In this document: positions 48,185 through 59,784 of the stretch, in pieces
Numbering within the stretch: the first letter of the stretch is position 1
How the letters are laid out: each line of letters starts with the position of its first letter
Source: Perkinsus chesapeaki ATCC PRA-425
Lineage: Eukaryota; Protista; Perkinsozoa
Direction: 5' to 3'
Length of the DNA stretch: 64,000 nucleotides
Assembly: GCA_013115145.1 (NCBI GenBank)
Contig: JAAPAO010000128.1
Coordinates: 3,440-67,439, forward strand
Notes under the pieces: model-generated
The model's input: the letters and a program-made list of their open reading frames with translations, nothing else
Databases searched by the model: none
What the model was told of the DNA's origin: nothing
Made by a program: the position numbers and the translations under genes

Positions 48185-48671
48185 ATGTCTGACGAGAACG
48201 AGAATCAATTTGGCCGCTACCAGCAGAGCGATAAGGATTCGCTGGACTGTAGGCAATATGCACCTCCTCCAGTGTGGCAGTCTGTCTGCAGGGACCGGCA
48301 TTTTGGCGCTCTTCATTTTCTGGGGCGTTTCTATTGCCTACTATACGATATTTCACTCGCTCATCTTCGTTGGCGGTACGGAATACCGCTGGGTGCTATT
48401 GGCGCTGTGGCTCGGTAAGGAAGGCATGGCGCTGCTTGGGAATGGGGAGGGCTCGTCAGGCACGATACTCATCACGGTGACCCTGGTTGGGATTTGGACG
48501 CCTAAGAGAAGGAAGCTACGTGAAGAGGTACTATTGGGAGAGCTCAAGGTAGTTAAGGATCCACTAGGCTGGTCTGGGCGGACGTGTCACAATTGCCGAG
48601 TCGATGAAAATGAAGCAGGAGGAGGAGGCTCCCAAAGCCGAGGAGCAGCAATGAGCGGGCCGGTTGAATGA
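48185..48671 (+). CDS. Small hypothetical membrane protein
   Basis: MSDENENQFGRYQQSDKDSLD followed, probably after an intron, by hydrophobic GTGILALFIFWGVSIAYYTIFHSLIFVGG..WVLLALWLG. Confidence 0.4.
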
Positions 48672-49079
48672 AGCATGCACGTTTACTTGATAATTTATGC
48701 ACTTGTAGATCCCTTGAGAATTTGTGTTGATGGGAGGGGCACTCTGAATGGCAGGTTGTTTCTACTATTTGTTTCTCTATGGCATTTGATTCTAACTCTT
48801 CAGCCTTCCCAGTGGAAGCACCTTTGGCGTCAAGCCCATTAGAAGTTGTATTATCCGCCCAAAAAGTATTAAAGGGTGGGATCGAACCGGGGTGGACAGT
48901 GTGGCTTTCAGATTGTTTCGTACAAGTTATTGGCCTTAGAGCAGGACATGAAATATTTGGAGAAAAAGCGCGCTTGTTATCTACAGCGGAAGTAGGCTCC
49001 TTTCACAGCACTCATCCATTTAAGACGACCACTCAGGCTTGAGATCGCTCGGGAACTCCAGAGGAGGCAGCTGTTGGCC

Positions 49080-50359
49080 ATGCCAGTTGGACAGCTTCCA
49101 TTCGAACACATTGCCCAATTCCTTACCGACCGAGACATCGTTCGGCTATCGGCCACGAGTCGACACTATCACGCTGCCTGTTGCGACCCTATCAAGGGCA
49201 AACTATTGGTGCCACACATCGCTCATGGTGGTACCAGCAGCGTATCTTTTGGTCGAGCGGCCAGAGCTGTTCCTAGGCTTTGCTTGCCGAGTATACAGAG
49301 TCTGAAGCTGGACGCGAGGAAGCCTGGGGCTCACGGGATGTTGTCCGCGTTGGCCGGGCTTCAACCGGGTTCTGTCCCCAACTTGCGCATTTTGCGTGTT
49401 AACTGCGCGGCAGAAAAGGACCACTTCGTTGACAACTTGGTCGATTTCTGTTGTACTGTGATGAAGGCTGATCAGCTCGAGTCTCTTCACATAAGTGGTA
49501 TCCGAAGCTTCGATACGTTGTGTGCGATACTAGGAGCCCACAGTGCATCGCTCAAGACCGTGAGAGCAGACTATTTTGTGGCTGGCCATGAGGCCAGATT
49601 TGAGGAGGGCGCATTGCCCCTCATGCCGAGGCTTACATCGCTCGCGCTTGATGTTGCTGATGTGACTGAGATTTCCTCCGCATTAGCGCTCAGGGTTCTG
49701 AGTGCCATCGAGGAGCCTGAGAAGGTGATGGCAGCATGGCTCCGGTGATGTAGTATATTCAGTCTCAGGTTCAGCGCTTGTATTTGCCGCACGTTGAAAT
49801 CAGCGGTGATAGTAACCATGTGAGCCAGGTGGTCCAGGTGTTAAATCGTTTTACTGGCCTCAAGCAACTGGTACGAGGAGTCCTAAGTGTCGGGGGAGCT
49901 GTGTCTCAGGTCCTCAGATTTGCGTTCATGCCGGTCAGCATTAAGGAACTTGTACGAATGAGGGAAGTTGATTTGAGACATCTTCCAGCTGTTTGTATTT
50001 CTGATCACTTTATTGTTGCTATGGAGAGATGGGCGCCGTGGTGGCCGGCCATATCTGAAGTGAGTGCGCTGCCAGGTGGAGGTTAGTAATGCTGCTGCTG
50101 CTGCTGCTCCTGTTAGGTTTGGGAAAAGGAGGACAGCATAACGGGGCTGTCGGTATTCCAGGAGCAAATTGACTTCGAAGTCCTCGGCACAACTGCCGCT
50201 CGGGAATGGCTGAAATTGTCCCAAGAGCAAAAACGCGTTTGGGAGAACGAGATAGCGCCCACTGTCCGCCGCTTGCACCAAGACGCGCGGAAGAAGTCTC
50301 CTCGAGAGGTCCCCCGATTAGGGACCAGAGTCCAGCAGTTCAGCCCTCCATCCGTATGA
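49080..50359 (+). CDS. F-box-like + leucine-rich-repeat protein
   Basis: N-terminal LPFEHIAQFLTDRDIVRLSATSRHYH (F-box-like); LxxLxL repeats (IQSLKLD, LRILRVN, LESLHIS, LKTVRAD, LTSLALD); three exons ending ..FSPPSV*. Confidence 0.65.
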
Positions 50360-51561
50360 GTTGGCGATGTCTTCAGGCTTTTTGCCGCATGTAAGATGAT
50401 GATCGTTGGCCCTTATGGGCTAAAGGCAGGCGAACACGTCGTATTCGAGCGCAGCGCACGAATAAGCCGCTAGCGTCTCGTTGATATCTTTGCAATTCTT
50501 TGATGCTGCTTTTCCTCCTGTTGTTGTTCAGTGTATTGACTGTATATTATATTGATACTTGCTGATTTATCGTCAAAGTAGTCGAAGAAGTTCTGAAAAG
50601 TGCGGCACTCTTCCAACTACAACCACCTTCTTGCGTTGTAGTGTTCGATGGACATTACCTGATTGCTGCTTGTTAGGATCCCCTTTTGTCAGCTGGTATG
50701 GACCGGCGTGCCGGTCAATTGTCGGAAAGTGAAGTTATAACAGGTCTTCATGATGCTTATTTTTACCACGTTTTCCGGTTGATATCACCTTCGTGAACTC
50801 AGCAGGTTTGAGCCAATAGGCCTGAGGAGCAGGCATTTCTCACAATCGGCAAGTGCGTAAAATTCATATGTTAAGGGAAAGAAAGGAGCACGTTCCTTAT
50901 AGCAATGGTTTTATATGCAAGCTCAAGGAACGTTCATTATCCTTATTGGATTTCAGGTTCAATTCCCGGCCGACTTGGTGTTAGATGCTAAGACTTGGGT
51001 TTTATAGTAAGTCCAAGATCCTCTGATTGGGAGCATAGAAACTCGTTGTTGACAAGTTCTTGATATATTGCATTTATTTGGAATACTGTCCGTCATGTTG
51101 TCCCATTCTCAGCGAAGCATCTTTCAAAGGGGAAGTTTCTAAGAAATTTCCCCTGAAAACTTTCACACTACTGGTCTTGCTTCCATCGGCTTATAAAGGC
51201 GCACGAGTTCTGAAACAAAAATTTACTATAGGACTCCTATAATAGGAGAAAGTATTGATTCTGTTGGACTAAGAGCAGGCAGTTGTGCTGCCTCTCCCTG
51301 GGCTTCACAGATATGCTCAATAATTCCTGGTTGTTACTGGAGCCGAAGCAGTTCGGGTATGTTGCTGTTATGCTTGCAGTGCCTTCCGTCATTCTCCTGT
51401 AGGCCCCTTAGCGCTTTACGCTTTTCACTTGGCGTGACCTTTCACCAGCGAGCCAAGGAGGTTCTCTTTTCACTGTGTCAAAAAACCTTAATACATTATA
51501 AATGGTTTGCGTTAGCGATGGAATGCTTGTGCGTTCAGTTTGAAGGATCAGAGTTATTCTC

Positions 51562-52974
51562 ATGGAACTCACGTCAGATGATATCTGGGGCTCGCCCATC
51601 CGAGGAGTGGCTTTGCGTGAAATCACCGCAAGGTTGTCTGTGTTTCGGAACTCTGAAGCATCAGATGAATCATACCGATTGTCCAAAACGGTCGAGAAGT
51701 TAGATCTATTTTTAAGTCACTCATGGTCTGGTAGCCCTTTCTGGAAGCATATGACACTCGTTACCGTTCTGTATGTCAAGTTTGGTTATATTGCAATGCT
51801 CCTCACTGTTATACCATTATCAGTAGGTATTTACTTCTTACCCGTTTATAAAAGAGAGGCTGTTGTAGCCACGGAAGTACTCGGTGTGTTGGCCATGTTT
51901 CTCGGTATGTGGTTTGGTTATCTAGTCCCAAGCCGAACCAACAAGAAAATGGTGTTCCTTGATAAATGCTGTATACCTCAAGTTGACGAGAAGGCGAAGA
52001 GGGAAGGGTTGAAGAACATGGAAGCCTACCTTAGTCGATCTGATACGCTGCTTATCCTTTGGACGCCCGAGTACTTCTCGAGGCTTTGGTGTGTCTTTGA
52101 GTTGGCTAGCTATCTTCGTAGTCATGGAGCCGACTCGATTCTGTGCTTGTCGGCTTGGTTTATGCGGTTTTCTTACGTTGTCGTCTGGTGGGAGGTGTTC
52201 AGTCTTCTTGCTGCTGAAATCGCGAACGCCGCAATCCCAATCAAACAAGCACAGACGCTTTGGGGCGAATTCGTTGTGTGTTTAGTCGCTGAGGTCGCTA
52301 TATCCATCGCTATATGTTTAATTGTGATCCTCTTCTGTATTCCTGCCAAGATGGAGTTGAAGAAGCAGGTTCAACAGTTTTCAATGCGGACAGCATACTG
52401 CACGCTCGCTGAAGATACTACTATGCTGAGCTCTCGAATTTCCGAGTGGTATGGCTCGAATGAAAACTTTGATGAGTGTGTACGAAGTAGCTGGTCACGG
52501 GTAAACTCAGTAATGAAGATTCCAGAGCCTGCCTTATCGAGACCGGGAATTGCCTTCGTTACCTTCCCTTATGTAATGGCCTTGTGGCCTCGTTTGCTTA
52601 CTGCTTTGGCCTGGAATTATGGAAGCGAGGAAAATGGGTATTCATGGACTGTAATTATTCGGAGTACATTCATCATGTTTGTTCTACTAGCATGCCGCAC
52701 ACCTCTCTTCGTTGTGATGTCCTACCGCATAGGTAGCGCCGTATGGCTGAAGGGCAGTCTCGCTAAATGCATCAGTATCGCTATTATGGTGTTTTTTGCT
52801 CTTCTTTACGGTGGCGCTATGTTCGTTTCAGCGCAGGGAGTCTTAATCTTTTACGGACCCCAGACGCCAGTTCTATTCCCGCAAAGTCCCTGGGCGTGGC
52901 TATTCATCACACTACCGATATTGGCCGTTGCATTGGTGTGCTGGACCCACTTTCCCCGCAGCTTGCATCATTGA
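51562..52974 (+). CDS. Multipass membrane protein with split TIR-like domain (copy A)
   Basis: Intronless 470 aa. LDLFLSHSW - two hydrophobic helices - VFLDKCCIPQ - YLSRSDTLLILWTPEYFSRLWCVFELASYL, then ~5-6 further hydrophobic helices. Confidence 0.8.
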   Translation: MELTSDDIWGSPIRGVALREITARLSVFRNSEASDESYRLSKTVEKLDLFLSHSWSGSPFWKHMTLVTVLYVKFGYIAMLLTVIPLSVGIYFLPVYKREAVVATEVLGVLAMFLGMWFGYLVPSRTNKKMVFLDKCCIPQVDEKAKREGLKNMEAYLSRSDTLLILWTPEYFSRLWCVFELASYLRSHGADSILCLSAWFMRFSYVVVWWEVFSLLAAEIANAAIPIKQAQTLWGEFVVCLVAEVAISIAICLIVILFCIPAKMELKKQVQQFSMRTAYCTLAEDTTMLSSRISEWYGSNENFDECVRSSWSRVNSVMKIPEPALSRPGIAFVTFPYVMALWPRLLTALAWNYGSEENGYSWTVIIRSTFIMFVLLACRTPLFVVMSYRIGSAVWLKGSLAKCISIAIMVFFALLYGGAMFVSAQGVLIFYGPQTPVLFPQSPWAWLFITLPILAVALVCWTHFPRSLHH

Positions 52975-53504
52975 TAAGTCATTATTTCATCCTTATTTGT
53001 CGAGGTTTAAAATTATAGGCAGGTCTTTTGTAAGATACGTGTATTGAGTTTAGTTTTCTCCGTTTTTGGGCATTGGTAAAGTGACATTAGTTATTTGAAA
53101 TATATAATATATTTCGAAATCGGTGTTCCTTGTTGGCAAGAAGCTTTTGATTGTATGGCAAGTAAGGCCTTGAAATTTCTGTTGGCATCTAAATAAGTCA
53201 GAATGTGACCAGTATGATATCGAAGGAGTAAGAACAGACCTTTCCTGAGGGTGAGGTGCTAGCCCTCCGAACCATGAGACGAGAATGGTGGGAGTTTAAG
53301 TCCAAGAACCGGGATCGAGATCTGAAGTTTTAGCTGTTCTGTATTGCAACTTAATGGTTGAACCACCTTCTTCAGATCAAATACTGTGCAGGTGATTAAG
53401 TTCTTCTCGTTCTGATCACTCTTTTGGTTCCAGAGTGTCAAAACCTCATACTTGTTACCTCTGCGGTCATGCGTCCACCACCTGTCGCCCAGCAGGCTGC
53501 TGGG

Positions 53505-53808
53505 CGTTTGCCGACGCAGCTGCTGGCAGCAGCTGTGTCGGCAAACGTCATAAGAGTCTCTTATTGAGAGATGACATCAAGCACATCTCTGAGATGTGAT
53601 AAGTATTTCCGAAATACTATGTCGCCTGAATCCTCCGAACTTCGGAGTCTTCGGAGTCCGAAGACTGGGGAGTTCCCAGTGGGGACTGTGACACAGTCGC
53701 TGTGTCCGACATTCAATATCGGGCTTCACAAGGGTACAGTAGCTCGCATGGAGAAGTACATACCGAGAGGCTTCGTGCCTTTTTCCTGGAAGAACCCTCC
53801 CGGAGGGT
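53505..53808. repeat. Cluster of 1-nt-spacer palindromes
   Basis: Arms 21 bp with 1 mismatch (53505-53547), 8 bp (53582-53598), 7 bp (53633-53647), 10 bp (53646-53666), 7 bp (53688-53702), 7 bp (53794-53808). Confidence 0.85.
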
Positions 53809-53974
53809 CCCTCCCCGTCTAATACGGGGGGGGCGGAGGAGGTCAGCCTAAAACGGCTTTGGATCCCGTCACCTTGCCATCAGCCAGCGAGATTGGCAAG
53901 GAGTTTAGCACGCTCAATTTTCTAAACCAGCACGATACAGCCAGATACTTGAGCGACTTGCTGAGGATCAGGGA

Positions 53975-54343
53975 GTGCTAGACTTGCTCAAGCTCACCCA
54001 GGACGCCGCCTGTGCAGCTAAGCCTCCTGCTGCGGTTCCTATGCCCCGCGTGAAGTCCTATGTATCCACCTTGGACCTTCCCCAGCGTAAGCTCGAGAAG
54101 CTTGCTGGTAGTATCGATAGAGACTCATGGAGCTCTGTGCTCCCGCAGAGGTCACCCATACGGTCCTCCTTGTCGGACTGTGAGCTGAACTTTGTCCTAC
54201 GGAACCCAAGGATATGTTCAGCTCTGTTTGCAAGCACTTCGAACTTCAATCTACCTCCAGCAGCTCCAGCAGCACCAATAGCACAGAAGGGTCACAGAGA
54301 CTCGTGTTCGGGATGGACTTCGGTGGTGGCACTAATAAGGTAG
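53975..54343 (+). CDS. Hypothetical ORF or gene fragment
   Basis: 122-codon open frame extending upstream as PARYSQILERLAEDQGV; no ATG start and no recognised domain. Confidence 0.3.
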   Translation: MLDLLKLTQDAACAAKPPAAVPMPRVKSYVSTLDLPQRKLEKLAGSIDRDSWSSVLPQRSPIRSSLSDCELNFVLRNPRICSALFASTSNFNLPPAAPAAPIAQKGHRDSCSGWTSVVALIR

Positions 54344-55304
54344 CCGTACGTCCTGTGGGACTATCCGATGGACATGGCTGTTTGGTTGTGCTGGACAGCA
54401 GGAAGGACTCGAGGCTCACCACAAAACAGATCGTTCATGAGTTGAAACGGCTCGAGCAGTGGTTCCACTTGTTTCAATTCTGATAACGAACAACAGTTTT
54501 CGGCCGGGACATCATCTAACGCCTGATGGTTATGCGCCGCATGATATTTCTTCCCGACGACACCGCATAATATGCTAAGGTCTGGACCAGACCATCTGGG
54601 GCATGCAGGAATCAACTGGAAGATCTTCGGTCAGATAAGCTGCATCTATCTCCGGGAGATGATCTCCCACCAACCCTATTGCAGGAAGCACTCCCACCAA
54701 GACTGACGTCTTGTGCTACTCCGGGTCCCGGAGTCCGGGAATGACTGCAAAAGGATCCTAGAGTCTAGGACCTAGACAAATCGGATACTACTGCGCCCGC
54801 TCTCGAAGGCTTGGAGAAGTGGAAAGATTCATGTAAGGTCCCGGTAGCTACGTGTTTGCTCATGAAAGGGCTGATGGCTGCGCATTCTGCGGAGTCCCGT
54901 TAATGATTTCAACAATGCGTACGTTTCTGCAGGATACAATTCGAGTCTGATTATTCATTAAATGAATTTCATTTGCTGTTGGTCCATACAGTCGAGCTCT
55001 ATATGGCAGCAGTGATGGCTTGCGACTAGTGACTGAGGAGTTGTCAGAGCAAGTACACTCGGCGGTGAACACAGTCATTAGACGATCACAGATGGGATCC
55101 AATTTGCTCGGTCCAATGGCCATGTGGAACTGGCAGTATTCGCCTGATGAAGCCTCGGAATCCGTCGATTACCTTATCCCCGGGAGCCCTAGTTACAGGC
55201 CGGAGCGGAACCGGAAAGGGGATAGCATTATCTTCCCAAGTTAATCTCAGTTCTACCTCTCAGCCTTCCACTCGGTTTCAGTCAGGTGGTTCGGAGTATG
55301 TTGA

Positions 55305-55435
55305 TGGAAGGGAGTCCAACAGTAAATAATTCTTTCGAGTCGAAAGAATTATTTACTGTTGGACTCCCTTCCAATCACAATCACACACAATCACAGTAAG
55401 TTAGTCGAAAGTTTCGACTAACTTACTGTGATTGT
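55305..55435. repeat. Two adjacent perfect long inverted repeats, each with a single G spacer
   Basis: 34-bp arms at 55305-55338/55340-55373 and 24-bp arms at 55387-55410/55412-55435, checked base by base. Confidence 0.97.
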
Positions 55436-55776
55436 TGCACCGATAAAGATTCGTTCCGAACGCGAATATTCTGAGGAAAATAGCTAAAACAAGATTAACA
55501 GCTAAAATTTTAGATTAGTAGTGTGGACCACTGATTGCTCACGACTCCCGCGTAGGCAAACCCTGGCAGTTGTTAAGGATGCGACACACATTCTGTCACA
55601 CTGCGTGAACAGTCACAGCGTGACTGTGCCCCACCGACAGAAGTTCTGTCGCTGCGAAATGCTCGAAGCCCCTGGGATTTAAGTGGTAGCCTTCATCATT
55701 GCGAGGTACATGTCTTTTTGTTGTGGGCTTTCGCTGCTCTATTCTTCAGTCCTCTTGGCAGTATATTCCTTTTTAT

Positions 55777-57267
55777 ATGGCTGATCCTAATATCGGCGTT
55801 GAAGGACCCCCAGAGTTACGAATGCGGAGCTCGAGCGACGTGTCGGACCTCGCCCAGCTGCTACGAGGAATACCTGCTAGTGTTATCGCAGCTAACTGGT
55901 CTCTTTTCCGTGATCCTGGAGCTGATCGCTCTACATATGATCTGTCCCGACCTGTTAATATCTTGGACGTTTTTATTAGCCACTCATGGTCAGGCAGTCC
56001 ACTGTGGAAGCAGATATCATTTCTAACTACCCTTTACCTCCGGGAGGGCTATATTGCTATGTTTATCGTTGTTATTCCTTTATCTATTGGAGTCTATGTA
56101 TTACCATCTCACCAGGAGCTCGCGTCTGTCCTGGTTGAACTTGTTGGTGTCATTGCTATGTGTCTTGGTGTGGTGTATGGGTATCGGTTGGTCAAGAAGA
56201 AGTCGGAAGATATGGTTTTCCTGGATAAATGTTGTATACCACAAGATGATCCTGCCGCCAAGGAGCGGGGTATATGCAGTATAAGCGTTTTTCTACACCA
56301 TTCGAGCAGGCTTATGATACTGTGGAGCCCAGACTACTTCTCACGGCTCTGGTGCGTATTCGAATTGGCATCCTTTCTTCGAGCACATAGCCCCGATGCT
56401 ATTGTACTAGTATCCACATTGCAAAGCCGTTTTTGTATATCCGTCACTATCTGCGAAATTGCTGTGCTCGTGACGGTCATCCTAAGCGATCTGTTGTTCA
56501 AAATCCATCCATTAGCATTCTATGCACCACTCGTGGTCCTCATTGTACTAGAAGTCATAGTGACTTTTGTCATATGCGTTGAGGTTATTTCTGGATTCGT
56601 GCCGGCGAAGTCTAAGATCAACGAACAAGTGGAATCCTTTCGAGTGAGTGAGGCCCAGTGCTCCCTCCCCGAGGATAATCGTGTCCTTCGTGAAACCATC
56701 GCTCAATGGTATGGATCTGAATCACAGTTTGAGGACAGTTTACGTGACAACTGGCCTCGCTTGGGTGCAACTCAAATTCCGGAATGGGCCCTGAGTCGGC
56801 GCAGCGTAGGGATCGTCATGTTCCCGTATATGATTATTTGGGCTCCGCGTATTGCGTGTCTCATATCTACGCCGACTCTGATGCCCAGAGAGCAGTGGTG
56901 GTTGTACGTTAGAGATGTCCTTATTGCGTGTGTCATGCTTGCTTGTCGAACACCGTTATTCGCTTTTGTTGCATGCAAACTAACAACCTCAGCCGGACGA
57001 CATGGAGTACCAAACTGGATCGTCATTGTCGTGGTGCTTGTATTTGGGGTTTTGTATGATGCTACTGAGATTGTTGGAGGAGGGGTAGCCCTGTTCGACT
57101 CGAGCCTCGCAACTCGGTTCAAGCTCCCTGAACCCTATGGCTGGGTGTTCGTCATTCCTGCTTGTGGTTGCCTACTTGCTATTTGGTGGACTTATCGTGG
57201 TCTCACATTTTGTTCAAGGCGCCGATCGACACCTCAAAAGATCGTCAGTACAGAAAACTCACTTTAA
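55777..57267 (+). CDS. Multipass membrane protein with split TIR-like domain (copy B, diverged paralog of A)
   Basis: Intronless; LDVFISHSW, VFLDKCCIPQ, LMILWSPDYFSRLWCVFELASFL, FRVSEAQCSLPED..IAQWYGSESQFE. First ATG at 55777. Confidence 0.8.
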   Translation: MADPNIGVEGPPELRMRSSSDVSDLAQLLRGIPASVIAANWSLFRDPGADRSTYDLSRPVNILDVFISHSWSGSPLWKQISFLTTLYLREGYIAMFIVVIPLSIGVYVLPSHQELASVLVELVGVIAMCLGVVYGYRLVKKKSEDMVFLDKCCIPQDDPAAKERGICSISVFLHHSSRLMILWSPDYFSRLWCVFELASFLRAHSPDAIVLVSTLQSRFCISVTICEIAVLVTVILSDLLFKIHPLAFYAPLVVLIVLEVIVTFVICVEVISGFVPAKSKINEQVESFRVSEAQCSLPEDNRVLRETIAQWYGSESQFEDSLRDNWPRLGATQIPEWALSRRSVGIVMFPYMIIWAPRIACLISTPTLMPREQWWLYVRDVLIACVMLACRTPLFAFVACKLTTSAGRHGVPNWIVIVVVLVFGVLYDATEIVGGGVALFDSSLATRFKLPEPYGWVFVIPACGCLLAIWWTYRGLTFCSRRRSTPQKIVSTENSL

Positions 57268-59784
57268 TTTCCTTTTCTGAACTTGTTTTTTCTAATCATG
57301 TACAGTAAGCTGTCGGATGATTTGACTGGCTTGACTTTGCTACCCATGCAGATTGACCGACATCTGTTAAGTATTTTCGTTTCATTCGTGCCTAGTTTAT
57401 GAAGCCGGTGAGGCTCATGTTGGAGTGCGAGAGGTTTGTTGATTGCTGTCCGTTGCATAAGCGTCAAAGGGTGAGTGACGCAGCCGATCAAGTCGGGCAA
57501 TCTATTGCATTTTCCTGCTGTACTTTACATTTCACGCCTTCGATTATGTCGTTTCGATACCTACTAACCGTCATAATACTACAGCAAGGCTGTAATTCGA
57601 TTCCTTCGGAGATTATCTTAGTTCTCATAGTGTAAATTCGGGACTAACCCTCAAACAAAGATCAGAAATCCACGACGATCTTTGGCAAGTGCATGGATCG
57701 ACAAGTTTTGCGAGAATCTGAGCCGAGGATTGGAGAGTCTTATTACATACTCGGGTACTGAGGAGTGTACACCCTTTCCACACAAGACAACATCGGTTCT
57801 CAGACCGCAATGCTTTCCGAAGTATATAGTAGGCCAAGTCTCCAGGGCAAGTCGAAACGAAATGCAATGATGGAGCAATCAAACAAATAGATGTGTTGAT
57901 AGAATGTTGTGTATATAATACTCATTGATGGTCTCGAGTCCTTGGCAAACATCTTTTCATGAACTGCGATCGTGTTCGGTAATTATCCTACAACTGTTGT
58001 GTGTAACACACTTCTCCCGCCACAGCTAATCTACATCCGACTCAATCTAAGTTCATAATGATTCATTATTAATAAACAATCGGAGATGATGGCGTCATCG
58101 AAGCAACCTTGGTATGGCAACTCTTTCAGAGGTACCAAAACTTGAAAATCACAAGTTGCGGAATTGAAGTTGCAACCTCCATCCTAGCTCGGATTCGTTA
58201 TTGCAGTAATGACAAGGCAACTAGATTTGACAATTATCTCGAACTATAGACGAACCTAAAACATGGGGTCGTCTGATGACATCCTTATATCCCATGTTCT
58301 GTTACAGAACTCCTGTAGCCAGGCAACAGTAGACTTGCACTCAAAATATATGTGTGGCACGGAACATACGATTCCACGACAGTGCGAATTGCAATCGGAT
58401 TAACGGAATGAAAACTTGGATCCGGTGGAATGACAAACCAGTTGCTAGTAATTGAGATCCAACAGCACCAGTCGCTTGACCATAAACTTTTAATGGCATG
58501 AAGCCTCATCTGTATTCCAGCCCGACCGAGTACAGGAGAGACTCGGTCAAGTTTGGGTTTTTTTATTGTAGTTCTACCGTCATGAGGTGCTACCGAGCTT
58601 AAGAGCAATAATAAAACTATTCACTCATTCCTGTGGCTGTTGTCGCCTACAAACTGTAGACCATAATTTGTGTGTAAGATGGCAACGCTAGGAACCAAGT
58701 TGGTTCAACCAACGCCAACACTCATCTAGCAGCTTTGCGAATTGCACTAGAATTTCGCGTGGAATTAGATGCCTGACGGCTTTTGATTGAACTAGCTGAT
58801 TCCATAAAATCTCACTTGACGAAGCGGGTATCTATAAAATATAAGATACGACAGTGTCATGATGACATGACGGACTACTTCAATTCGTCATGTACCTATA
58901 TCATACCTATTGGAAGACTCCACTAAGCCCGAGCGCCGACCGAGTTGAGTATTGGTTGAGATTCACCTGCAAAGACGCGGTTTTCGTTCGATCCGCAAGG
59001 ATCGAGAAAACCGCCCCAGTACATTTAACCTCATTGTTACCTTTGTGGTAACACCAGGCTATCCAAAACAACGCAGTTTTCATCGTTCGTTGAGTTGAGC
59101 CTTTGTCACAGTCAGTTCGGTCGAAAATTGATGGAGTTTTTGTGAGGATGTCATAGTCAGTCTGGGCTCAGACTGACCGACTAAATAACGAGCTTATCAC
59201 AGCAGTAAGATTATGAAACTTCTAGTGATGCCGGTATTATAATAGTTGGTTGATGAGGGATATCCCAAATCATTTTCCGTTCACCTCTTCGCAGTTGCAG
59301 CCTGAAGCATACAGCAATTGGCTCTATACCTCGTGAAGCGAACTTACTCAGTTCCCATAGCTTACGCAAACCGCCATAGCTATCGTTGACTGAGTATCAC
59401 GTTTGACATTGTGAGAAAATCATCTGGTCGTGTTCCAAATGGGAGGGTGGCTTCAATCTCGTCTACTATGAATCATAGTCTATGATAGTTTATCGAGAAA
59501 CGTTCCCAGTGATGTGTTAACAACTGAGTAGCAAGTGCGTTGGACCCGCAGCATGAGTAATTGCTTCGTTCGAGCCCACTAGTTGCACGTCTGTGAGGGT
59601 CTTGCTTACTGGTATCAATTACGTCCCTAACAGGTTTTTATCCTATACAACAATCAAAAATCGGTCGATCTTCTAGCATTTCTAGCTTAGCAGGTCCATC
59701 TGGGAGCACTGGCGCTGAAAAAAAGGTTATACAACTCACGTCGCTCCAGACAAGAACTGATCCATCATCGCTAAGTGGAGCACT

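Noticed and set aside
54361-54615. Oligoribonuclease gene call
   Set aside because: Only a HxALDD-like motif is visible; the ExoI (D.E.TG) and ExoII motifs were not found, so it is kept only as a weak note.
53505-55435. CRISPR-like array or MITE call for the palindrome clusters
   Set aside because: No identical direct repeats with unique spacers, no shared terminal inverted repeats or target-site duplication, and a eukaryotic context.
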